A stretch of 63,413 nt of DNA, filler included, from Bigelowiella natans CCMP2755 (lineage: Eukaryota > Protista > Cercozoa): NCBI GenBank assembly GCA_000320545.1. It is 6 parts of 6 records of this genome, joined end to end, with 100 filler letters (N's around TTAATTAATTAA, not from the genome) between each part and the next. Parts side by side here need not be neighbours in the genome. Positions count along the whole stretch, not along the records: positions 1 to 29,458 come from ADNK01001517.1; 5 more parts are not named here. One strand, given 5' to 3'. The number at the start of each line of letters is the position of its first letter. Positions within the stretch are counted from its first letter, which is position 1. The notes beneath the pieces were generated by a model. It did not search any database, had not been told where the DNA came from, and worked only from the letters and a program-made list of their open reading frames with translations. Both the position numbers and the translations under genes were made by a program. Of this stretch, positions 13,551-23,108 are shown piece after piece.

Positions 13551-16500
13551 AACACGTGTGACCGGGAAAAAAAAAATTGATGGATGAATTGTTGCATTCA
13601 CAACACGATGAAATCGCAATGCACATGACATCTCTGTGTCCATCATGAATTCTTGCATTCTGTTGCAACTCATTTCGTGTCATGCAACACCCAAAAAAAA
13701 AAGAAAGTGTTTTTCATTTTTGGGAAATGAATCCATGCATGCATGCTGGCATGACAAGCTAGCACCAGAGCATGTGAACAATGACAACTGACGCATGATG
13801 AAAGGGTTTTGGGCAAGTCAGCTAGCTAGCTAGCTTGCTAGCTAGAGCGGTGTCTGCAATGATTCCATCATGCATGCATGCTTGTCACATGCATGCACAT
13901 TTTCCATCAGATTGTGCACGTGTGCGTGCACACGTTGCATGTTCATCAGGTGCATGCAAAATGACAAACATGGCGCGGTTGCAAGGGTTTCCTAGCCTAG
14001 CAGCGGTGGTGCAGTGATGCGCATCAATTGAGCTGGCTGGTTGTGCATGATGTGGCAGTCTGCGATGATCAAAAACAATTTTCCAATGAAAGCCAGAGAA
14101 AAGTGCATGACGGAATGCGAGATGTGGCGGTCACGGCCGTGCATCTCTCCATTGTGTGTTTGCCCGTCTCTCCTTGCTGAGACACATGGTTCCCGTGCAT
14201 GTTCGCAAATGGTGCGCAGTGGTTCTTTCCCTCCCCCTCACCCCCCCCCCTTTTTTTTCTTGGGAGGGGGAGGGGAGGGGGTCAGGCTGTGCACCCTTGT
14301 TTCTTTCCTTTCCCTTGATTGTTTCTCGGTTTTGCAGTGATGCGTCTCCTCCTACCCTTCCTTCATTTTTCTCTCTTTCATTTTTTTGCATTTTGAAATG
14401 AGTGAGAATGTCATGGCTTCACATCCGGAAACATCATCGTGCATTTGGCACCCAGAGTGCACGTCGAGAGCCTTCTTGAGTTCCGTGAGCGCCTCCGGGT
14501 ACTTCCCCATGCTGCAGCACACTGCGCCGATGCTGTGGTAGGTAGTCGCCACAGAAGGATGGGGTTTCTCCGTGCCGTACACCTTCAAATGGATGGCAAG
14601 ACTCTTCTTGTGTTCCGTGAGCGCCTCCGGGTACTTCCCCATCCTTTCGCACACTGAGCCGATGTTGTGGTAGGTAGTCGCCACAGAAGGATGGGGTTTC
14701 TCCGTGCCGTGCACCTTCAAATGGATGGCAAGACTCTTCTTGCATTCCGTGAGCGCCTCCGGGTACTTCCCCATGCCATTGTGCACTGAGCCGATGCTGT
14801 GGTGGGTAGTCGCCACAGAAGGATGGGGTTTCTCCGTGCCGTGCACCTTCAAATGGATGGCAAGACTCTTCTTGTGTTCCGTGAGCGCCTCCGGGTACTT
14901 CCCCATCCTTTCATGCACTGAGCCGATGTTGTGGTGGGTAGTCGCCACAGAAGGATGGGGTTTCTCCGTGCCGCACACCTTCAACTTCACACCAAGACTC
15001 TTCTTGCATTCCGTGAGCGCCTCCGGGTACTTCCCCATCCTTTCGTGCACTGAGCCGACATTGTGGTGGGTAGTCGCCACAGAAGGATGGGGTTTCTCCG
15101 TGCCGTGCACCTTCAAATCTGCATCAAGACTCTTCTTGTGTTCCGTGAGCGCCTCCGGGCACTTCCCCATGCCATTGCACACAATGCCGAGGTAGGCGTA
15201 GATGCCAGCCATTTCTCTTTTTTTTTTTTCTGTTTTTGATTCAGCAGAAACCAATGCTTCAGTTTCAGTTTCACCGAGTTTGGCGGCGCTCAAGAACCAA
15301 CATGAAGCTTTGTCATGAAAGCATGCAACGTGACAGGCCTGTCCTGAAGCTTTTGCTAGTCGGCAACTGCGTTCTGCTTTGGAGGGCTTGTGCAGCGTCA
15401 TCAGCCGAGTTCCGTGCTGGAGCACCGCGGCCCATTCTTCCTGGCGGTCGTGAGATTCACTGTGGTCTCCTCCGCAGGCAGTCAGGGCTTCAACCAGGTT
15501 TCTGATGTTGGTTTGTGGCTGCAGGTGCCTCACTGTCTCTTGCGTGACAGCGTGCATGTTTGCACAATCAGTTTCTCGGTTCCATTGTGTCAAGGAATGA
15601 CGCTTGAGAAGCGCCAACGCTTGGCGCACGTCTTCGTCCTTGTCAGAGACCGCCGTCAGCTGCTCCGCATCGTTCTTTTCACCTTCCTTGCAATCCTTGG
15701 CATCCTCAACCTGATTGGGCGATGCGTCAAATTTCAGAAGAAGAACTAGATCCAATGGAATGTTCTTCGGATCCAGGTGCGCGAGCGAACGCAACAACGC
15801 GAGGCAGTCCACGCACGAACTTCCAGCGGTGTGCCCGATCGCGTCCAGGCTCTCGCGGACCACTTTGACGATGCTGTGTCTGTGCGTGATGCTCTTGTTG
15901 GGGTTCTCAATCAGAAACCGTTTTCTTTCTGGAGACTGCTTCTTTCGCAAATTCTTGACACGATCTGCACTGCCACCTTGAAGCAGTTCAGCTCTTTGCA
16001 GTGGCTGAAGAATTGCGCTGGGATCACGGGCATGCCCGAGAACTCGGTTTTCAGGTGCTCCACGCAATCCTTCGCATCGCTGTCTTTTGGGTCGGGCACT
16101 TCTAGGCCGAATTTGCGAGCGAACTGCACCAGATCTTCTTCATCCATGAGCCCGTCAATCGGCCAGCGTTTGACGTCCAGGCTCCAATCGGTGGTCTTGC
16201 TGTTTCGAGACGTCAGGATCACGTGTCCTTTGTTCCTTCTGGGCAAGAACTCGGCCACATCACTGCAATCACCCACATCGTCGAACACCAGGAGGCAGCG
16301 TTCAGTCTCGATTCGTTCCCTGATGGTTCGGATGGCCGATTTGGTGTCCTTTTTGTTGACAACATGCAGGCCTGGAATGTTCTTCTCGGCGATGCGCATG
16401 TGCTCGATCTTCAGCTGCTCAGGTGTTTGGCAATCTGGCCAAAACGCGTGAGAGCATTGACCGGTCATGATGAGGGCGTCGAACAACCGGGCGGCCAACT

Positions 16501-18485
16501 GGCTCTTCCCAACACCCCCATGGCCACAGAGCAGGTGCACTTGTTTGCTGGCATCTTTGAGTTCATGCAGAACCTGCTTGACCACTTTCTCCCGCCCAAC
16601 GAAGAAAGACACTTGATCTGGGCCGGGGATCAGCGTCATTGACGCAAGAAGTCTCATCTGAAATTTGATTTGAAAGCAAAATGTGCACACACAGACACAA
16701 AGATCAAGTTTCAAATGCTGCGCGGTTTCCTCGTGGAAAGGAGGGAAGGCAATGGGGGAGGGCGCGCAAGCTCACGATGGACACACTCAATGGCGCATGT
16801 GCACAGATTGAACAATGAAAACAGTCCACCTTCTCCTTCGTTTCTTCTTCCACGATCAGCGTCTTGGCAATGCGCACCAGATGATCTTCATCCTCAATCA
16901 TGACCTTCTTGCTGTCAGATGGGGAAGATGTGCCCATTTCCAAAAGTCGTTTGGCCATCTCTGGGCACGTGGCAGGGTTGCGAATCTTCTCCCAAACCTT
17001 TTTGTCTGTGCAACACTTGCAGACAGGAATTCAACACGACACGCAAACACAAACCCAATGACATCTGTGCCTTTTTCAAGCTCAGAAAAATGGGAATGTT
17101 TCGGGCCTTGAGTGGCAATGAACTTCGAGTGTGAACACGTCAGAAACAGTTTCTTGAATCGCTTTTTGTGCAAAGGTTTCATCTCCACAGCCTGCAAACA
17201 AACGTGTCAATTGCCGCTTGAACCGAAATGATCGTGATGAAATTTTTTCAACAATGAGCAACTCTGAGAAAAGATCATTTTGCACCTTGCAACAAGGGTG
17301 AGCAATTTGCTTCCTTGACGTGGCAAACAGCAACAGAGATTTGCTGATCTTTGGAATCTGGTGAAATGCTTGCGGTCCAAGGAAATTGGATGCGTTGTCG
17401 CAAATCTGAAAGACAAAATTCTCACCTGGGTTCAACCTCAACACTGGAAACCCTCACAATGTTCATCAATTCACACACACAAAAAAAAAGGGCACCAGTG
17501 AGATTCGTTTTTCTTTTTCATCTTTGAGCGAATGGAGAGGATGGCCTTCATCGGAACGTGTCGTTTCTGCAACCGCCGATGAAACACCCTTTTCATCAGC
17601 AACACCGGCAAGGTCCACCTGAATTTTTTTTTTGCCACAACCGTTGCGAATGCGCTAGTTGCACCTCGAACGCACATGACTCGCATTTGGATGAACTCGT
17701 GCATCCGTTTTGTGTGTGCAGCATGCACTCATTCATGCACGCGCGCACACATGCACGGAAAACACAATCATGACCCAACAGATGGCATCTGGCCCGTCGT
17801 TGTCATGCCACATGGACCGGGCTGCCACCTCCGCCAAAACAGATTTCCCAGTGCCCTTCCCACCTGCGATTTGGATCCATTGAGTTGCAAACGTTTTCCT
17901 GAAAACAGCATGGTCGTTCTTCACAGAAAGCCCACAATTTTCCAAGATTTCACGGTGCTGCTCCTTCACCATGTCTCGTGAGAAGAAAGACCCAGGATCT
18001 GGATCTGGGATCCATCCCGTTTTGGGCTCGATTTGTTCCAACTCCCTGAACTCGCATTTCACGTTGTGAATTTCATCGTTGTCAGTGGACCGGGGCAGAA
18101 GTGTCAATTTGTCCACTTCATTCTCAGCTGAGTCTGCCCAAATGAGCTCCTCTTGCACTTCCTGAATGATGTTTTCTTCCTCGCAGAAGATGCGAAAGTC
18201 TCGTTCCACCTTCCACTTTGCATGGCATGTTGCACATTGCGCATGCAGAGACTTGAGTTTTTCCTCGAGCTTGGCTGCGAGCAATGATGGCTTGGGATGC
18301 TCCTCCAGGTGAAAAAGCGCTCGGTTTTCACATTGTTGAGCTGTCACACGGAGTCTTCGCTTGGCCAGTTCAAAGGCTTCTGATGCAGAGTGCCCTTGTA
18401 GCAACCGTTGATGAAATGCACCCGCAAACACCGGGGCACCGTGATCGCTGAGTTCGTCCTTTCCTCGACAGGCTGTGACGTGGCT
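13130..18485. other. TpA-depleted (A-to-G / T-to-C hypermutated) domain
   Basis: Manual scan finds about 30 TA dinucleotides in ~5.35 kb, all as CTAG, GTAG, CTAC or GTAC, and none in ~16105-17655. ORFs 15911-16714 (267 aa) and 17733-18545 (270 aa) contain no Tyr. Flanking DNA is TA-normal or TA-rich. Confidence 0.95.
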
Positions 18486-19387
18486 CACTAATCCATCTTC
18501 TGTGAGTTTTTGCCCACAATCTCGCTGTGGCATGCCGCTAGACACACAATCTTAGGCCGTCCATTTCGATTCCTTCTGAACATTTCGGCAAGGGCTTTTC
18601 CATCTGGGTGTTTGCCGGGTTTTCCAGTCGCCGGGCCACCTTCAATGCAGAGACCCTTCTCAGGATGACCATGCCCAGAGAAATGGAGACAAAAACATTT
18701 TGAGCCGATAGCAGTATCTATTTGCTCCTCACTCGCACGGTGTGTCGAATGCTGAAATTTGGGATGAACTCTGATGAGTTCCCGCATCAGCTCACACTCA
18801 GTTTCGAAATCCAGTGCATCTTTGTCGGCCTCGTTTATCGGAGAAGACGATACGTACGCGATGCGGGCTGGGAGCTGCTCCTCGGCCGATGATGCCATTG
18901 GCTTTGCGTGAGACGGGAGGGAGAACTGGGGGGTTGGTAGACCTTGCGCTTTTCTGACTCTTGGTTGCGACGAGGGCTCTTTGGTGTCTGCTTTTTCGAA
19001 CATTTTGTTGAGTTTTTTAACAAGAATCTCTAGTTGCATTCGTGGCCCCATCTTCTTGCCCTCAACCATCTCCTTCACGTGATCCGGGGTCAATCCCAAC
19101 AGAGCCTCACCTGTGAGCTCGTTTTCCTCTGTTGTCTGTGCAACGTTTGTCAAATCTCCGCGTCATCACCGATGGCGTGTTGAAATATGCACATGCACCG
19201 AAAACTTGCGTGATTGAATGAACACTCAGGTCGTTGCGAGTGATGTGCGTGACGTTATTGGAGGAACCTTAATGACATTTGGCTTCGTTTTGAGTGCTGT
19301 GGCATTCGCACGGAGCCATTCCACTGCATCCTCAGCAGAGAAATCCTCGAACTGTTCCCTGGTCAGAGCATTGGAGTCCATCTGCAT
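14352..19387 (-). pseudogene. NLR-like STAND gene: SAM - CHAT (caspase-like) protease - STAND NTPase - NB-ARC - winged helix - TPR array; frameshifted and hypermutated
   Basis: SAM-like FSAEDAVEWL...ELTGEALLGLT...MGPRMQL; CHAT dyad LHFSGHG and IVCLAACHS; first P-loop GGKGTGKS with ICDN and FATSR; second module FVGRE...GHGGVGKSQLA...LLVFDDV...VILTSR...GMP...NMH; TPR repeats HPSVATT(Y/H)HNIG. Frame changes at ~18510 and ~15975. Confidence 0.85.
14466..15212 (-). repeat. Near-identical 132-bp (44-aa) TPR tandem repeat, about 5.6 units
   Basis: Units start at 14466 (variant), 14598, 14730, 14862, 14994 and 15126 (aagactcttcttg...); period exactly 132 bp. Confidence 0.95.
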
Positions 19388-20632
19388 GATGATATCAACA
19401 CATCTGCGCCCCCACACGAACCAAAACAAAAGGCTACTGGCTTTGGCCTCTCTGCTCTCGCCCTCCCTCCTCTCGATGCGTGAGAGGGGACAAGGGGACC
19501 TCTCTGATCTTAGATTATTTCTGTCAAAAGTGGCCCATAAAACCTCCAAGAAATAAAATAAATATTAATTGTTCCAACAACTGAAAAATCATTTCGGTGT
19601 AACAACATAGCTGGGAAGTCAAGGGCGCGAAAAGAATAACTAGATCTAACTAACTAACTAACTACAATATTATGATGCTCCTAGAACATGATGGCTGCTG
19701 GAAATAATTTGGAAAAGAAGAAAAATATCATGCGGAGCACGAATTTTGATGATACGGACAGAAGAAGGCGAGAAAATCCGAATAATTAACTGGAGTGCCG
19801 ACTTTTTATTATGAGATTCTATCAATATTTTTCCCGATAATTATGCCCAAGATAATTCGAAGCAACATCGCCGCAAAAAATAAGTTCTGAAATATAGTCG
19901 CGAGTCGTGATCAAACCTTTTTCCAAACGCAGAATCCATACGGGCAGTTTCATTAATAAATATGGGATCTGTGGGAAATTATTTCTACATTTTTATCCAA
20001 AAGGAACTGAACACATCTGAAAATAAATAGATTTCACTAAAAACAAATTGCATTTGTTGTAGTTGATCTTTTCGGAATGTGAGAAGGTGATCTAATAAAT
20101 GATATAAGCATTTAGAATGATCTATTTCATGTTATACCTTAGAAGATGTAATGTATTTTTTTAGTAAAATGAAACATCTGAACATAAAATTTCGATTATT
20201 TACTTATATCATTTTATCGTTGTAGTTTTCAAGTATCTGAATATTAGACCTCCAATTCACGTCTGCCGGTGCTATGATCCTTTGGTGAAGGAGGCAGAGC
20301 TTACCCACATCGTCAACAAAGAGATATTAAACCCCGTCCGTATTTACCTACGACTAAATAATTTTAGTTAAATCAGACCAAAACAGAGAATGTTTTTAGT
20401 TTTCATCTATTTTAAAGAGTTTCGCCATAAATTATCTCATAATCCATGTTTGCGAGGCAACATATTATCCACATTTATGTTCTGAAGACAAGATAATTTT
20501 GAATAATTTGGGCATAAACTCTCGGTGTTTCTTGTCGCAGTAACACTTGCGTGAGCTGAAAGAGCTCACAGCTTTGAGGTTGTCATAAACCAGACACAGC
20601 AACCTCGACCCTTCTCCCCCCTTCTAAGAACC

Positions 20633-22414
20633 ATGGATGCTCTTATGGAAGCGGCGGCGAAGTTGTCGAAGGTTTGCCGACATTTGGGCTGCACAAAGCA
20701 ACCATACTTCAAAAGGGGCGGAATTCGGGGCTATTGTAGCGCTCATGGCGGGCTTCCTAAGTGCTCTCAGGAAGGATGTGATTCCAAGCAATCCTTCAAG
20801 ACGGGTGGCTTGAGAGGATATTGCGCAAAGCACGGCGGGCATCCTGCTTGTGGGAAAAAGGGATGCAATCAGCGGCAGTTTTTTGTGGAAGGCGGCAAGA
20901 GGGGCTTCTGCGGGGCTCATGGTGGCATTCCGCGGTGCGAGTTTGAGGGTTGTAATTCCCTTCAGTTCTACAGGACTGGTGGAAGGAAAGGATTTTGTAG
21001 TAAACATGGGGGGGTGCCACAGAGATCCAAAAGTTCTAGCAGCTTTGAGAGATCAAAGCGTAAAAGGCAGGACAAAGAAAGGGAAGATTCCGGGGATGAG
21101 ACCGAGTGCGAGGCTTCAAAACCGAATTCAAGCTCTCCCCTTGAAAAAGAAAATGATGATAAGTTACTGGAGATGAACACAAAAAAGTTGCCCATGATAG
21201 ATGGCTCCATGACTGTGAAAGGGGAGGATCTTCCAACTATTGTTAGAAAGAAGACCCGCTATAACCGACCTACATCTTGTGTACGTTGTCATAAGATGAA
21301 GATTAGATGCGATGCTCGCAGGCCATGTGGACCGTGCCAGTTAAAAGGGGAGATTCTCTCATGCAAAAATTACGTACCGAAGCAGCCTAAGAATCCAAAA
21401 CTTCATAAAAAGAGACTAGCTGATCATCTCAACCCAAATTTTGGGAAGGTTCCATGCTCTCGTACACCAGGATGCCTTCGCCCAAAGCGCCATGCAGGGC
21501 ACTGCCGACTCAAGAATTCATCCAAAGCAAAACAACCAGACACGGATAATCTTGGCCACACTTTAGAGCATGGAGCACGAGAAGAAATTGGTCAGAGAGC
21601 CTACAATAAAAAAATGGAAATCAAACCTTCTGCGCCGTCTACCAGTCATCAAGGTCCAATTCATATGGCTCTAGTCACCCCAGTTCAGGGCTGTAAAAAT
21701 CAAGAAATGGGTGCGGCAGGTTATATGAGGAAATCGGAGGTCGATAGCCCGGATGTAAAGTCTAATCTTGCTAGCGCTTTCTCCACAGGAGAAACAACCC
21801 AAATTGTAACAGATCGACGGAAGCTATCGGGACTGAAGCCTTCCAGATCGGCGAATCCTCAATTGCAATCTATGCACGCCAATAAAGCGGGGCTTGTGAA
21901 AGTGAATAAATCGCTAGGTTCAAACTCAAGAGCAGATCAAGTTGCACGAAATAGATTTGCAAGATCAGTGAATCAGAATCACTTGGGATCACGAGCAGGA
22001 ACGAGAACAAACAATCCAGAATCAAATGGTAACACTGAAACATTGAGGAAAGTAAGGTGGCCACCTCAGAAGATGTTGAAAACTGAAGCGGTCCCAGTCC
22101 CTATCGCGCATGTCACCACACCTCCCCGTACATCAGTCGTCACAGCTTCCCCGCTTGCATCACCGGTTATCCCTTCTCTAGAGAATATTCAAACTTGGCA
22201 ACAGAGTATACACAGCTTGCAGACACTGCGGAATATGCAACAGGGAGTCCAGAATACCCAAGGCTTTCAAAATCTTCAGAACCTGCAGAACCTTGCGAGC
22301 TTATACCAGCAGCAGTATGCAATACCACAGAATACATTCTCGTTTCCAGTCGGAGCTTTTTCGGCTAATGTAGCTAGGTACCCTCTTGGAAAACCACCAA
22401 ATTATACCGAGTAA
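20633..22414 (+). CDS. Intronless zinc-finger transcription factor: four C-x4-C...C-x2-HGG repeats, Zn(II)2Cys6 cluster, C2HC motif, Gln-rich tail
   Basis: 593-aa ORF with CSAHGG, CAKHGG, CGAHGG, CSKHGG; CVRCHKMKIRCDARRPCGPCQLKGEILSC fits Zn2Cys6 spacing; CSRTPGCLRPKRHAGHC at 21455-21505. Confidence 0.85.
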   Translation: MDALMEAAAKLSKVCRHLGCTKQPYFKRGGIRGYCSAHGGLPKCSQEGCDSKQSFKTGGLRGYCAKHGGHPACGKKGCNQRQFFVEGGKRGFCGAHGGIPRCEFEGCNSLQFYRTGGRKGFCSKHGGVPQRSKSSSSFERSKRKRQDKEREDSGDETECEASKPNSSSPLEKENDDKLLEMNTKKLPMIDGSMTVKGEDLPTIVRKKTRYNRPTSCVRCHKMKIRCDARRPCGPCQLKGEILSCKNYVPKQPKNPKLHKKRLADHLNPNFGKVPCSRTPGCLRPKRHAGHCRLKNSSKAKQPDTDNLGHTLEHGAREEIGQRAYNKKMEIKPSAPSTSHQGPIHMALVTPVQGCKNQEMGAAGYMRKSEVDSPDVKSNLASAFSTGETTQIVTDRRKLSGLKPSRSANPQLQSMHANKAGLVKVNKSLGSNSRADQVARNRFARSVNQNHLGSRAGTRTNNPESNGNTETLRKVRWPPQKMLKTEAVPVPIAHVTTPPRTSVVTASPLASPVIPSLENIQTWQQSIHSLQTLRNMQQGVQNTQGFQNLQNLQNLASLYQQQYAIPQNTFSFPVGAFSANVARYPLGKPPNYTE

Positions 22415-23108
22415 TATTGGCGTAGTCCAGAGCCAAATTCCTGCAATTGTAATCGGGACCAAGAATAAAAATAGAAATTTGTACTGATAGATAAGATTAA
22501 TTATATAGAGATGAAATGTCTAACACATGTGATATAAACATCAAGTATTACATAACAATGAAGAAAACGAAGTCAACGAATGTTCAAACATATTAGCACA
22601 AAGCTAGTGCCCATGCACATCATGCGTCGTCCTAGTAAAAACGCAGCTACGATGCAATTTGGCGCAGACTTCAGTTACATGCTGCTACACGGTTACGTCC
22701 CCAGCCCAACATCATACTTCACATAAAATACGCTTGCAGAGATATGATGCGCGCTACGTTACATGTCTCTCGTCTGATGCAAAGCCTGCATTGTGTGTTC
22801 ATCATGGCGCAATGTGGTGGAGGCTAGATCGAAGAAGCAGCCAACGACAGTCCTGGCAGCGTAGCACCCCCATGCTAGCATGTGTCGTCATTTGCACGCT
22901 TGGAACTGCTAGCTAGCTAGCTATAGCTTGCTTGCTTGCTAGTCGTGCGTGTATCACAGTTGTTGTATGATCAGCGTACAGGCGCGTAGCGTGCAAACCA
23001 CAGATATTGCTAACTCCGAGCTACGCTGATGAAATGTCTAAATGAGCTTGTAGATTTTTTATCGCATTCAGCCACGCATGTGCGCTAGGCATGACGTATC
23101 TTTATTTG

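Noticed and set aside
14466-15212. CpG methylation-deamination as the source of TG/CA alternation
   Set aside because: CG remains abundant in the domain, TA is what is missing, TA survives in the same repeat columns, and the expected TPR residue is Tyr, not Arg.
14466-15212. Diversity-generating retroelement template/variable repeats
   Set aside because: No reverse transcriptase nearby; changes are transitions at TpA on both strands over >5 kb, not A-to-N on one strand of a short repeat.
14466-15212. CRISPR array
   Set aside because: Contiguous in-frame 132-bp coding repeats with no unique spacers and no cas genes.
14704-16642. Plus-strand ORFs antisense to the NLR-like gene
   Set aside because: By-products of stop-codon depletion and of the repeat array.
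13130-18485. ADAR-edited retrocopy
   Set aside because: Both A>G and T>C occur, introns are retained, and intergenic and neighbouring-gene DNA are affected.
13130-18485. Alternative genetic code or Tyr avoidance by selection
   Set aside because: Neighbouring genes use Tyr and standard stops normally, and depletion is frame-independent and includes non-coding DNA.
13130-18485. Classical fungal RIP
   Set aside because: RIP enriches TpA and depletes CpA/TpG; the opposite is seen.
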